Of a stretch of 64,000 nucleotides of DNA, positions 11,169 to 25,003 are shown in pieces. This stretch comes from Lepidodermella squamata. Its lineage: Eukaryota; Animalia; Gastrotricha. Each line of letters begins with the position of its first letter. The first letter of the stretch is position 1. The notes below the pieces were generated by a model. That model did no database searches. It worked only from the letters and a program-made list of their open reading frames with translations, and was not told where the DNA came from. The position numbers and the translations under genes were made by a program. The stretch spans positions 2,790,001 to 2,854,000 of the forward strand of contig JBLDXI010000019.1 in NCBI GenBank assembly GCA_047495785.1, written 5' to 3'.

Positions 11169-12905
11169 TTAACGGCAGCTGATTCTGACTTGGAAAGGTG
11201 GTGGCTTCAGGATTGCACCATCAGGGCTATCGTTGCATTCAACGTCTTTAGTGATCAGCTCAAATGAAAACCGGTGTAGAATGGCGGTGAGAAAAATGAA
11301 ATATTCAACCCGAGCTAAATTTTCACCCAAGCAGACGCGAGGTCCCAGCCCAAATGGCTTAAACGCTTGCCATCACTGTCGAGAAACCTTTCGGGCGGGA
11401 ACACTTCGGGATTTCCCCAGTATGATTTGCTATTGTGAACAGCAGCTTGGTTATAAAAATCATGGTATTAGGGGGAATGTCGTAACCTAAAGATAACATT
11501 ATTATGCTGTATAAATCGAGGCATTTAATATATTTACCAAGAACTGTGGCGTGATCTTCGAGGTTCGTCTGAAACAAGGCAGTTGGAACAAAGGCGGAAC
11601 GTCGGAATACTTCATACATATCGGCGATCGGCATATAAGTAGACCAACTTATTTTGTATATCTGCCCAAGTTCAGGTGTGTCATCGATGAAGCACCCGAT
11701 GCCCGATGCCATTGCCTCACTATTCGTCAAAAACGAGCCCGGCCGACTTCGAAGTGCCCTTCAAAATCCCAAATTCCGCATCGACTACGGCAAAGCCCGT
11801 TCTCAGTCACCGCGGGCTAGTGTTCTTCAACACCCTGCCAATCCACTTCCATTGCTCACAACATCGGCCAGTTGATATCAGCACCTACAACGGCTGTCTT
11901 CCAACCTGCGAATGTGGAATCAAGGCCTGCGCCACCGCCAACGACTGCAGGCAGCTTGTTTACAGACATTTACTTTGTTGTTGATTATTTTTATACAAAC
12001 GCATCTCAATTGTTGTTGACTTGTAACGAAACGGAACAGACAAATCTAACGGCTCTCTGCACACTTTTTTTAATATTTGCACCTAATTTTCCAAGTCGAA
12101 CTCTCAACAATGGGATCAATGCTCTTTAAATAAATAAATAAATATAAATAAAATAAGTGGGCAGTATATCGGATTTAATAGCTTGCCGATCTAATCGTGG
12201 CATTTCCTCTGAATTTCCGGATATTTTGATAGGTAAAAGGTCCTGCTCAGCCTCTTCACTTCCTCTCAGAAAAATCTCGAATGTTCTCAGGATCGTAGTC
12301 TACCGTGTGCTCTTCTACAGCTTCTTTCAAGGCATGTTCAACAATTTGAATGAACTCGTCACTAGCCTTCATTTGAATTGAAGTTGCGAAATTCTCCAAG
12401 TAAGGTATCGTTAGGAAAGCTCCTTACTCTGCCGAGGATTGGCAAGTGGCTATTTTTATCAGTTCGGCTAAACTTTTGAAGGTCCAATTTTCTAGATCAA
12501 AGCGTTTACCAAGAACCAAGGACCAAATTACATTTGATACTGCATTTATCACCATTGGGATCAATTGTTTCTTTAGCCTTTGAGTAAAAATCTAGCCTCT
12601 TCGTGAATTTTACCCACGATTGCCTCTTTACCCATTCCTGAAGGACGTAATGTCAGATTTCATATATTCATCTATATTACCCACCGAAATCTCTCATCGC
12701 TTTGAGGCCGAATCTTCGATTGACGTGGTTTGCGAAAACAACACCTTTCGGCAATTTCTTGCATTCAAGAACCATATGTTCGAAGCGGTACTGAAAGGGT
12801 TAATAAGAACCTCAGTGATAGCTTCGGCATCGTTCAATGCCATTATTCTCAAGGGTCCAAAGTAGAATGTGAAAACAGGCCCATATTTCTCTGAAAACTT
12901 ATACA
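11169..12905 (-). pseudogene. Cytochrome P450 (CYP2 clan) pseudogene, close paralog of 20349-21924
   Basis: Collinear nucleotide similarity to the intact gene, including FGLGPRVCLG and KYGPVFTFYFGP; deletions (I-helix region missing), frameshifts, no 5' end, LINE insertion. Confidence 0.9.
11672..12158 (+). mobile_element. Short 3' fragment of a CR1/L2-like LINE inserted in the CYP pseudogene
   Basis: Interrupts the CYP sequence at tatctgcccaagt|gggcagt; encodes PDAIASLF...LQNPKFRIDYGK / SHRGLVFFNTLP; ends in (AAAT)n at 12128-12156; possible AAGT TSD. Confidence 0.75.
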
Positions 12906-13383
12906 CCATAATAGATCTATCGACTAGTGAAACCCGCTCCAAAAAATTCCTCATGGGTACAAAGTTGAAACTGCGAGGCAAAAAATATATCATCCGTACT
13001 TAAATTAAGAATTCGTGAAAATTGGGCGCACAGCCGTATTTTCGAGTTTAAATAAGCTGGTAAACCTATTTTTAAAAGATAACTACAGTTTTACCAGCTT
13101 TCTCGTGGTGCGCAGCGGAGATTTTTCGGATCGATTCAAATGAGAAATGCTGCGCACCACGACTGAAAATTCTCTCACCTCAAAGTTTTGGCGGTCGTCT
13201 GAGCAACGTTTAACTGAAATTTCGATTAATTTATCCGAGAATATAATCACAGGCAACAATAAGGTGCTACTGTTGCCTGTTGCATTACTGCGGTGATGCC
13301 GTTAAATATTGACATTTTACAGTCCGTTGGTTTCCCTAAAGGTGCATCATTTTTGCTGCTTTTGCTAAAAACAAAATTTGCCG

Positions 13384-16300
13384 ATGCTTCTATTAACAAA
13401 GCTGTTTTGCTTGCTGATATCAAGCAATTTTTTCGAGATATCGAATGGCGGTGGAGGGAGCTACTATAAAGAATTCCCTGGCTTCAGAGTTCAACCTACG
13501 CCGCAGAGCGGGTTGGCAGACATGTCAACTTTAACTGTCGCAAGTTATCCTTCGGCAAGGCTACCCGTTGAATGCATGAGTAGATGCAACCTATTGCCCA
13601 CATGCCAGTCAGGGGAATTGGATCTGATTCAAAAGATTTGCAACTTGTACGCGATTTCGCCCAATGGCTCATCTCGAGTGGCATTTGTTACGAGTCAAGC
13701 CCACAAGTCTTTTGTTGTCACTGCCGAAAGCCTGATAGCTAAAACAGCTCAGGGCAAGTCTGGTATTGTCGAGGCGATTTACAAGGCTGTTTCAACACCG
13801 CCTTGCTCGTTGACTGATCCTTTGTTGAATTGCACGAATGGCGAGCTTGACATTGATAACAGCTATATTAGCGACCAGGGCTACCAATCAATTTCCAACA
13901 ACATCGATACCACAGTTTCCCCAAATCTTCCATTCGAAATGGTCCATTACGGAAGGTTGGCTGCTCTGCACAACTGGTTTTACAACATGGGCAGTAACCC
14001 ACCTGCTGGTGCGTGGGTAACCATGGATTTGCAGCGAGTTGTCTGGCTTGCTCGATTCTCCTACTTTTGTCCCACTGTTTCTCCGAACATTTGCATGCAA
14101 GATATGATGCTAGAAGTCGGGCTTGACAACTTTCGGCTAACGTCTGTCAAATCCCTCAATGGATTAGTGAAGATTTTGCAACCTTTATCAGATAATGCCG
14201 TATTGAAATTCGATCTCTACAAGCCAGTCATCGCTAAGCATTTCAAGTTTTCAATGGTAACGCTTTCCAACGGCTGGAGAACGGCTAGTTTTCAGGTTAA
14301 CGGCGTACCAGCCCAATGCTACGAGCCTTTGGGTTTGCAAACGTTTGAAATCGATGATTCGCAAATCCTGGCTAGGCTCAACTACACGCTTCCTCGGTAT
14401 GTTCGGCTAAATTGGGGCCAGGCTGGTTCAGCAATTTTGGACGATTTTGTGATCATCGATCTACTGAAGCAAACAATAGTCACGGCAGTTCAGATGCAGG
14501 GCTGCCGTTCATCGAATTCTTGGGTCAAATACTACCTGATTCAAAGCCGGTCGAGTGAAAATGACTACTGGCGCAAAATACTCAAGCCTGATAGATCCGA
14601 AGTTTGGGATGGGAATGTGGATGCCACCTCAATAGCAGCTGCTTCTTTCCCGGAACCTGTAATTGGGCGATATTTCAAAATTACCCCAACCATGTTTTCA
14701 GGCGTTCAATGTTTCAAACTGGAGCTTCTAGGGTGCAAAAGTAATTTTGCAGCTATTATATATTGTGTACTCACATCTTTGAATTAGGAAGCCCACGAAT
14801 CGGCCAGAATTTGGCTAACGATGCGAACGTTCTAGCCACCACGGCCTTAGTTACAACGGAGTACAACGGTCATAGCAACGCGCTGAAAACAATCACGCAA
14901 AGACGGCGAATTCGATCGCAGCACATTCAAAACTGCAGCCGATTCACGGCTGCTTTTGCAACTGGCTTTCCGTTCGCCGTTATCGATCTAGGCTCGAGTC
15001 AATCATTCAACCAGATCGAACTCACCATGCCTGAATATCCGCCTTACGCAACGCTGAATCCTGACGGGCTTTGGCTGTTTGATTTAATCCACGGGACAGA
15101 TGACATTTCTGGCAACGGGAATCATGCAGTTATTTCAGACTCGATTGCGTTTTGTCCTGGGGTTGATGGCAGGGCGGTCGGTGCCATGGAGTGGACTGCC
15201 AATGTCACGAGAGCTGTTTTAATTCCAACGAGTCAGACGTTCATAGATCGCGTGAATGGCTTTACTTACGCTCTTTGGCTATACTATCCATCGCCAATCT
15301 ACTCGGACGTTTATCTAATGACATCGTACTTCGACAGGTAATGTTAGGGAACAGGGTCATTTTTGGGATGTTATATTATTGTCAAATTGTTCTATGCTGA
15401 AAAATTCCAAAACCCTCTACAGGTTTGAAGTTTGGGATGTAGTGAAATCATTATCAAATTATTGAATTCAGTACTAAACATCATTGAATTTCGTAACAAA
15501 TTATCCCAAACAGTTCCAAATCCAGAATTTGACGACCCAGTCTTCAACCCTATCCTAACGTCTATCAAAACAAACAATACGACGAACAAAAAAACGTCTA
15601 TCAAATGCGAGTTTCCTCGTATTTTTTACATGATTTCTGAGTAGGGTTTTTTGGGATTTAATTTGAAATTTAATTTGAAATATCGTTAAGTGCTAGAAAT
15701 ATCGTAAAATTAACTAATTAATTAAAAATGTGCCTCTGCGGTGGGGGTTGAACCATCGAACATTGTTGCACCAGCCCAACGCATCACCCACTACGCCACC
15801 AGCGCTCACATTATGTTGTTTTGATTGGTTTATAAATAACTTTCACTTTGGACTTGATTGTTTTTGCGACGCCAAGTCCATATTTCATTTACGAGGTTTC
15901 TTGACATTACAAAAACGCCCGACATTTTTACGCTAATTACAAATTAAGTCCTAAAGAACCCCAAAAAAGCAGTAAAAATCACCGGGTCGATACATGCATT
16001 TCTCGCACTAAGACAGAAATACTCCAATAATAGCAATAAAACCTCCAAATGACTGAATGATTTATCGTTGGCGACGAAAAAAATAGCCCCAAATCCCGTC
16101 AAAATTTATGTGAGCCAAAAAAACTCGTAAACATTGTGCACTTTTTTGATCGGGCCCAACCTAACCCTAACCCTAACCCTAACCAGTTAAAAAACGAATA
16201 TAATGGTTAGGTATGAAATTTAATTAAATTTGGTACCGGCGTACGATTTTCCCTTGAAGTTTAAAGTCAAAATTCTAAAAAAAATCATGTCATCTATTTC

Positions 16301-19300
16301 TCGACCTTCTGAGTGGGCGAATACTTTTTCTTGACTATTGCGGTAAAATTGTGTGTTGGTTTTGTAGTTTTATCGGCAACTGGCCGTTTGGCATGTCACT
16401 AAAAGTTGGACTTGGTGGTTACGTAGTTGTTGAAAACTCGATGGGCGCGACGGCCTCAACGAACAAATCCTATCCGAGCAGCACAACATACGGCCCCTCG
16501 ACCGCAATCCCCGCGCAAAGGCCCGCGATGGACAGATGGACTTTTCTCGCTTTGTCGATCGACTGCAAAAGCAACACAGCGAGAATTTATATCGACAAGG
16601 TGGAGCGAGGAATTTTTCCAGTTCCTTGCCAAGTTGCGACTTCTGGCAGAATTTCTAGTTCATACTTCCAAATTCGAGGCCAATGGAGGGGCAAATTTGC
16701 GTGTGTTCAGTTGTACTACCGCTCACTAGACAGCTCAGAAATCGACCAAGCGAGCCGATGTCCCTGGAAAAGTAACTAAATATCAAAAGTTTTATTCTAA
16801 TTCTGATATAATAACCTACCCAGCATCCCCTCCTCTGGCAATTTTTTCCTTGGCTTGCACTCTCACGGAAACAACTGGTAAAGGTTGGATCCTGACATCT
16901 AGTGGAAACCCTGTCTGCTCATCGATTATGACCTTCAGTGAAACGTAAGCGATAGATTACAAACTGTTAATATGAGTCGAGGAATAATTTTCTTTCAGGG
17001 CATGGAACTTACCCACAGCGAATGATTACCTCAGCCTTGCACAAACCATGATGGATCTTCAATATTCATTCACGGTCTTGATTCACGTGAGACCAGACGG
17101 ATTCGGCTACATCTTCAGCTGGGTTACCAGTGTGGCATCATCCACACCTGAAGTTGGCATTTTCATCCACGCTAATGGATCTCTTGCTTGGCGGAACAAG
17201 TGTAGGGATGGCTCATCCGCAATGGATTTCATTTCCTCGAAAGTTGAACTGAAAAGGAATAGATGGGCGTTCGTTGGAGTGAGCGTTGATTATTTCAATT
17301 CCTTCATCGGGCTAGTCTACGAGGGCGAGGTGATTGAGCGGTTTCCGTTCACTTGCGTAGACGGTCTGGCGACAAATGCAAGTGTTTTCCGCATCGGAGG
17401 TGCGGGCTCAGTTGTCGGGGACCTTGCTTGTCTCCAGATTTACGCGAATGTCACCATGAATCGGCGTCAATTATACTCACTAAAACGCTGCCCGCTAACA
17501 TCAAGCCCCGCAATGATAGCAACGGCGATGGCACCGTTGGACAACAATTTCCAAGTTAAATCAATCAAGCCCAATTTGTATAACTTTTATTCGTGGGCGA
17601 ATAATTTCGTTGCAACTCCAGTAAATACCGCTAATGTGCTAAACTTTACACTGACATCCACACTTGGGCTGCCGTGGTGGCGATCGGGTTCTTCGGCATA
17701 TCGTTTCGCAAGCGATATCGGTAATTACGTATCATGTGCAGCATCCTGCCCATCAAGAATATTACCGGCAAGCAGTTCAACTTCATTCTCCGCGGGAGTT
17801 TTTGTCTACAGCTCTGCGGCAACTCCTATAGCAGGCACGCCTATATTGCAGATCGCTGTTAACAGCAGCATTTCGCGATATACAATTCGCTTATTTCCAA
17901 ATTACGTTGAATATGCCATGACCCCGGCCTCCAGCGGCTCTGTTACAGTGAAGCTCGAAAATGCAACGGTCTCGGGTGCGTGGAGTCACTACAGCATGGC
18001 TGTAGATGGAATTAACAGACGCCTGGTGGCATATTTTGATGGCAGCACGGTTGGCTCCACGACTTACCTCGAGCCAACTATGCCCGATGCACTCACAGTT
18101 TTCTTAGGATATGTGAGATATAAATTGTTTTGTCATCTTCTACCCACATTCCGAATTATTTCTTAGGACCCATCTGTCCCGAAATACTTCAATGGCTCCC
18201 TTGCTTGCTATTACGTCTATCAGGGCAATGTCACGCAGTACTTGGCTATGGAACTTTGGTCTCAATGCCCAACAGCAACAATGCTGCAGGGTCATGTTTG
18301 CGAGAGCGATCTGACCGCGAGCGCAAATGTGACATTCAGCTCGGTTTACACATCCCCAAGCCCTGGTAATGTCCCATACAACAAATGGGTCACTATGGGA
18401 CAATGGATTGGCAATTCCCTCGCATGCTGCTGGCGTCCTCTGACATCATTGAAAACCGAGTACATTCAGGCAGATTTTGGCGAGGTAGTAACTATCACTC
18501 AAGTAGCTACCCAGGGCGATGAGCTGAAAAATTGCTTCGTCAGAACTTTCCATCTCGAATACAGCAACATTGGTGTTTATTTCACTCAATTCAATGACAG
18601 GGCCAGAGCTGGCGTAGTTAAATCGTTCACGGCGAATACTGATTCAGGAACGTTAATCTGGAACTTCATACGGCCATTCATCACAGCTCGATACCTTCGA
18701 CTGTACCCTGACACGTGGTCGAATGAAGTTTGCCTGCGATGGCTTGTTCGTGGATGCCCAAGTAAGACTTGCATTTTTGACAGCTATAAATTCAAATATA
18801 TCCCAAGGTCTGATGTGCAATGTCGAGCTGTATGACGGCGATGCTTTAGTCAGCGCTTCTAGCGCAACAACTCCTGCCGATTTCACACGAAACCATCTCA
18901 ACGGAGTTGATTGGGTACCTCTTCTAGCAGACAAGCAGCCTTACTTCCAGATTGAATTCAAAGAGGCGAAACTGATCAATACCGTTTCAGTTCAATCGAG
19001 TATGAGTAGTGCGGCTTCAATCACGAAGTACCATTTGCTGTCAAGATTAGCAAATTCTGCCAGCAAATGGGTCGGCTATGTCTGGCGAAACGGTTCGACC
19101 CTTAGGATATTCGAAGGTCCTACTGGGTCCGATTCCCAGCCGATCGCAAACTATTTGAACCCGGCTCTTGTCGCGGTGGCAGTTCGGCTGTATGTCGATG
19201 AATTCAATGACATACAGCCTGTTGGGAGATTCAGCTTCAAAGGCTGTAGTTATGTGGACGACATCGGTTTCGCTGCTACAGGCCTATCTGTTCGAATAGC

Positions 19301-19916
19301 AGATACTCCGCCTGGTTCAACAACTGACTTATTGGCTCTGCCTAGATTTTCACCTGATGTTGAAGCTGCTCCATTTCGATCTCGAATCTTGCTGTATTCA
19401 GGTTCTGTGAAATCCGGTAGGTACGTCGTTGTTTCAGGGTCCTCCGTGGACCTCCTCCTGTGCCACGTCAGTGTCAGCTATGATCCTTCAACCAACTATG
19501 CTGCTTGGAAAACAGTCAACTCGTCACATTTCGATCAAACGGTCAACACTGGGTTAACAGATGGTTCGATTATCGAACCGATTGGTTCTCAACCCTCCAC
19601 GTCAGGATCTTATTTCCAAGTTGATATGGGTGAAACAATGCCTAGCATCTCGAAAATCGTACTAGTTCTCTCAGGGAATAGTGGTTGGATAAACTATGCG
19701 GGTCCTGTTGGGTTCAGACTTGTTGCCCGTGTTGGCGATTCTGATACTTTCTCTCAGAATCCGATTTGTGACTTTCACGATGGCTATCGAGCACCGAACT
19801 TGATCTCATGTCAAAATCTCGAGCTTTTCTGCACGCCGCCAATGTCGGGTCGATACATAAGCGTTGAGAAAATAGGCGAAGTGGCGGTTAAATTCTCAGA
19901 GATTCGAGTTTTTTGA
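13384..19916 (+). CDS. Large secreted mosaic lectin-like protein (~1749 aa): signal peptide, PAN/apple, F5/8 type C (discoidin) domains, 3 LamG/ConA-like domains, fucolectin-type (FTP) domain(s)
   Basis: Seven phase-consistent exons: 13384-14740, 14788-15337, 16368-16771, 16824-16944, 16999-18112, 18167-18761, 18808-19916; motifs VECMSRCNLLPTCQS, YIQADFGEVVTITQVATQG, PFITARYLRLYP, CTPPMSGRYISV. Confidence 0.85.
15731..15805 (-). repeat. tRNA-derived (SINE-head-like) sequence in intron 2
   Basis: Minus strand GCGCTGGTGGCGTAGTGG...GGTTCAACCCCCACC has Pol III A-box- and B-box-like motifs; acceptor and anticodon stems pair poorly, so not called a tRNA. Confidence 0.6.
16158..16184. repeat. Short interstitial (CCCTAA)n tract
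   Basis: aacctaaccctaaccctaaccctaacc, about 4 units. Confidence 0.75.
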
Positions 19917-20348
19917 TTATTTAAAAAGGCTGTATTGGATAATTAGGCTTAAATTATTTCCTTTGTAACAACTGCGTTCCCTACACTAGCTGAGTTAGCT
20001 CTGTTAACTGTATTGACTGCTTTACTCTGAGATACATAACGAAGATTATTCACTGTGATTTTTCTATATTCACTAATTTTCTTGTTTCGTGGCTAAACCT
20101 TTATGCCTGGTTGTTAACCCTGTGACCCCGGTAAACTACGGCCCGTATGTCCATATTAATGCAAAGCTCGCAGCTTAATTTTCTATATATTGGACATATT
20201 ATTTACGACCACAAGTCCAATATTACCCAGAGGCATAGTTGCATCTACCGAATGCGAGGGTCCTTCGTAATCCATAACCCCCGTGTTGCAAAGATTCAAA
20301 ATTGGAAAATAAAACAAATAATACATTATCATTTTTATCAGTTTTGCA

Positions 20349-21924
20349 TTAACGGCAGCTGATTTTGACTTTGAAAGGAGGCGGCTTCAAGATTGCGCCA
20401 TCAGGGCCATCGCTGCATTCAACGTCTTTGGTGACCAGCTCAAATGAAAACCGGTGTAGAATGGCAGTGAAAAAAATGAAATATTCAACTCGAGCCAAAT
20501 TTTCACCCAGGCAGACGCGCGGTCCCAGTCCGAAAGGAAAAAAGTGGCTCGAATGGCTTAACAGCTTGCCATCACTGTCGAGAAACCTTTCAGGTGAGAA
20601 TACTTCGGGATTTCCCCAGTAGGATTTGTCGTTGTGAACGGCAGCTTGGTTATATAAAATCATGGTATTAGGGGGGATGTCGTAACCTAAAGAAAACACA
20701 TTATACCGGATTAATCAAAGTAGTAAAGGTATGTACCAAAAACAGTGGCGTGCTCTTCGAGGTTCGTGCGAAACAAGGCAGTTGGGACAAAGGCGGAGTG
20801 TCTAAATACTTCATTCATAACGGCATCCAAGTAGACTAGCTTCTGCCTATCTGCCAATGTGGGTAGTCTATCAGATTCGATAACTTTATCGATCTCATCA
20901 TGGCATTTCCTCTGAATTTCCGGATATTTCGATAGGTAGAAAAGGGTCCAGTTCAGGGCTGTTGCAGTAGTATCTGTCCCAGCGACGAAGAAATCTGCAA
21001 CAATACAAGTGTATTCTTGATAGGTGAAAGGTTCGCCCTGCTTCTCAGCTTGGATAAACAAATCAGGGAAATCTCGAATGTTCTCAGGATCGTAGTCTAG
21101 CCGGTGCTCTTCAACAGCTTTTCGCAGGTTCTCTTCGGCAAGTTTAATGAACTCGTTGCCGGCCTTCATTTGGCTTGAGGTTGCGAAATTCTCCAAATAA
21201 GGTATCATTAGAAAAGCTCCTTGCTCTGCCAAGGATTGGCCTGTAGCTATTGCTATCAGTTCAGCTATCTTTTTAAAGGTCCAATTATCTCGATCGAAAC
21301 GTTTGCCAAGAACCAATGACCAAATTACATTTGATACTGCGTTTATCACCATTGCAGCAGGATCGGTTGTTTCATTAGCTTTTGAGACTGCTTCGAAATC
21401 TGTCAGCAAAAACCTCGTCTCTTCGTGGATTTTGACCACAATCGCCTCTTTCCCCATTCCTAGAGAATTACATGTCGGATTAAGCAATGTTTTAGACAAA
21501 ATGACTCACCGAAGTCTCTCATCGCCTTGAGGCCGAATCGTCGATTTTTGCGCCATTTATCATGGTTCGCGAAAACAACACCTTGCGGCAATGATTTGCA
21601 TCCAGGAATCAAAGGTTCGAATCGGTGCTGAAAGGTTTTGCCTTGGTTGATCAGAACTTCGTTGATCACTTCAGCATCGCTCAGTGCCACCATTCTCAAG
21701 GGTCCGAAGTAGAAAGTGAAAATGGGCCCATATTTCTCCGACAATTTCGCCATGGTTTGCCACAGTTTCGAGCTTTTACCATGCATGCCAAGTTGGTACA
21801 AACTTCCGATGTAGGGAAAGGCGAAGGGACCTGGTGGCAACTTGAATCGGCGGTCTAACAGATAGCGTTTCCATCCAATGAAAATAAGAGCTGTGAGGCC
21901 AGCTCCGAAAATCACACCAAGCAT
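20349..21924 (-). CDS. Cytochrome P450, CYP2 clan (intact, 3 exons)
   Basis: Exons 21924-21510, 21459-20737, 20686-20349; N-terminal TM and PPGP, WRKNRR, FVAGTDTT, EVFR, PERF, FGLGPRVCLG heme motif. Confidence 0.95.
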
Positions 21925-22899
21925 TTGAGATTAAACGGTTACAACGCTTCTATAGTTGTATATGAAAGCTTTGCTGTATAAAACCAGATTCAGCGGTGCT
22001 GTAGCTGTGGTGTGGAGGGAAACGTTACGAATACGCATGGTGTAGATAAGAGTTGGCTTTGTTCAAACTTGGCCTAGAAGACGAGTACATACATAGTATA
22101 TGCACACTAGTGACTATTAAGAAAGCCTACGTATGGTGAATTGTTTACAAAGCATAACGCGGCGAAACTGTCCTCGATTTAGACATATAAAACTATATGC
22201 GAACCGCCTTGATTAACCACCACTGTTTTATTGAAGAGTAATTTTAAAGAATTTTCCACTCTACTCAACTCACTCGGTAAATTTCAATTTTGACGTGATA
22301 TCAGTATAGACTGACTGTAGACTGACTAATCACGAGAAAAGTGGTCTCCTGATACATCCTGATACACAATGAAAGATCGCATCAGAAAAAACCAAATGCC
22401 GTCTGTTAGATCTGTTCAAAAGGAACACGTAAATACTTTCCCATAAGGAACTGGTGAAAGATGAGAATGACACTTTTCGCATACGGGAATGAACCGTGAA
22501 AACTGATTCGTAGAGAATTAAATTGATATTCAGAGCGAGCTTGGACTATTTTTACATGATTTTCTGCGATTTTCGCAAACCCCCCATACAATAAGGATAT
22601 TTACATTGATTTTTAAGAGCTATTAACCTCTTCCAACTACGCCATGTGCGCACGTCACACGCGCTTTACGCAAAGGTTCAGGAACCTTTAACCAGTCGGC
22701 GGTTCTACTTTGTTTTTTCTCGACGGAATCCTTAAAAATGTCAACAAAGTCGGAAAAAAAATCATCCAAGCTCGCTCCATTTATCAAAAGGTAGCTCTGG
22801 ATGTGAAGAATCCTCCTTCCTCAGAAAGTCGTTCAATTCAACTTTCTTTAAAGTAGTTTTCATGGTTTATTTTCGAATGTGAAAACTTTCATCCCAATT

Positions 22900-23050
22900 A
22901 TTGACGCGTTTCGTATAGCGACAAACAAAATCACTGTTTCCGCACCTCTGCATCACTTTAAAGGTTCGATACTTGATAGCGACTTGACTGGAATTGAAAT
23001 TTTCAATGCCACCATTCTCAAGGGTTCAAAATAGAAAGTGAAAATAGGCT
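22900..23050 (-). pseudogene. Small relic of a CYP exon 1
   Basis: caccattctcaagggttcaaaatagaaagtgaaaataggc closely matches 21688-21729 of the intact CYP. Confidence 0.6.
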
Positions 23051-23148
23051 GGCAGAGAGTAGAAATAGACTTGACTTTACCCCTTCAAGTCAAGTCCTTC
23101 TTACTGATCCTAAGCAAACAATTCTCGGCTTTTATGAAAGCAACGCAT

Positions 23149-23821
23149 TTAGCCAAGAAATTCGGGATGGCTGGTAGCAGTTCAGTCGAATTTGCAGTCA
23201 TTGACGAATGTTTCGAAAGGTATTCAAACAAACGATTGTTTTCTAAAAACTCTACTGAAGTTTGCCATAGTATCGCTGAGCTACTAGCTCAAACAGCAGA
23301 TGGCTTCTTTCAACCTGATCCGGAAACCAGGGTAGGAAAAAATTCTAAAGCTACTTTTATTTGCGTTTTCATGATTATTACGCTCCGCAGGATTTTGAGC
23401 TGAAAAAGTCTAAAGATCGATTGATGCTGGTTCTCGGCCGGCTTGAGCAGCGCCTGAAAGAAAATGGCGGTAAATTCCTATTTGGAAACTCTGTAAGTCA
23501 TATGATTTCTCGACTCCAATGAAGTATCTCGCGTTTTTTCAGTTCACTTATGCAGACTTGGCACTTTTCGCGTACATCGATATTTTGCGATTGGAAGATT
23601 TCGAAGAATTCAGGACTATAGCTGAAAGCAAATTCCCAGCCCTCATTGGAATGGATCGAAGATTTAGAGAGGTAAATGGCATCAAGGAATATATAGCATC
23701 GAGGCCCGAAGACTATATCATGACGTTCAGAAAGAAACTTCGCACTCTAGCTGCAGCCATTTCATGCCTGAAAAGTTGTTTGGTCTGCCGATGCAGCAGA
23801 AACAAAGTGACGGCTACCTAG
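23149..23821 (+). pseudogene. Glutathione S-transferase copy 1, 5'-truncated
   Basis: LAKKFGMAG...IDECFE, LKENGGKFLFGN, FTYADLALF; exons 1-2 and start of exon 3 not found; tail ...CLKSCLVCRCSRNK. Confidence 0.8.
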
Positions 23822-25003
23822 TTCTGAGCTTATTTTGCAGAATTAAAAGCCTTATTTGTCTATATGAGATTCCTGATATTTTTCGAAGTGCTCTTTCATG
23901 CATATTTATGTATGACAAAATTACTTTTCATACATGTTTTTTTCATAAAATCACGTCTTTAACGGACGTTGATTTAGAACTGGAGTTAGGGGCTAGGGTT
24001 AGGTGCCAGGGTTCATTTAACCCTTTCAAGGCGGAATTATTTATCTGCGCTAGAAAACATATTTGACGGCAGTTCTAGGGATTTTCGAAGGCCCTGATCA
24101 CGATTTTGAAATCCGTTTGTCTTTATCTATCACCATTAAGGCTGTACAAAAACTGGCTGAAACCATCCTATCCGCCCAGCTGATTTCAGTCGATTTTTCG
24201 AGCACCTTAATTTATGTTTCAAGCGCCTTCAGCTTTGCAATTTTAGGTTCTAACTTACTCCCATGAATGTCCCGAGATTCTACCTCTTTCATATAACTGA
24301 AAAAGCTTCAGAGGCTCAGATCTGAATTCAGCTTTTCCAGTTTTTCCTCGCGACAGTTTTTGCAGCACAAAACTCACGCACTCCGCCTGTATAAGTCTGA
24401 GCGGATAGGACGAATTCGGCCGGTTTGATTGAATTGTAATAGCGTCGTCATTTTTCATTTCCAATTCGGAACATTTACACAGATTACACAGATGTCAAAA
24501 GTTTCAATTAACCGAAAACTAGTCATCTGGCATTTCTCTAATGTTTTCAGCTCGAATTTAATGAAAAAAATATGTATGAAAGATTGCAGCATTCTATTTT
24601 TGTCAATATATTTTTTGCTAATAAAATTTACATTTTGAGGTTAAAAGATTTCTGTGTCCAGGAAAATTTGCCCTGTCTATTGTTTTTTGGATACTAAGGG
24701 ACACACGATAGCCGTCGTAAACACATGCTTGTAAGCAAATACAAATGCTCACAGGCATTTATAATATTGCGCGTATAATATTGCAGTATGCACGTTATTT
24801 TTATCGACCATTATTAATAATAGGCCACAACCACACCCGAGTGCTATATAGCTGCATGCGTAAACGCGGTGCTTCATTTTTGCGCTCATACACATATTAT
24901 ATATATGCATGCAATATAAGACTCGTTTTTGGCAAGAACTAAGGCTGCTTTACAATCTGCCTCTTTTGCTTAGATGAGTTAGCAATTTATAAAATTTATC
25001 ACT

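Noticed and set aside
15731-15805. Functional tRNA gene
   Set aside because: A/B boxes are present but the cloverleaf stems do not pair; treated as SINE-like
16158-16184. Telomere or chromosome fusion site
   Set aside because: Only about 4 units in an intron; such tracts are common inside repeats
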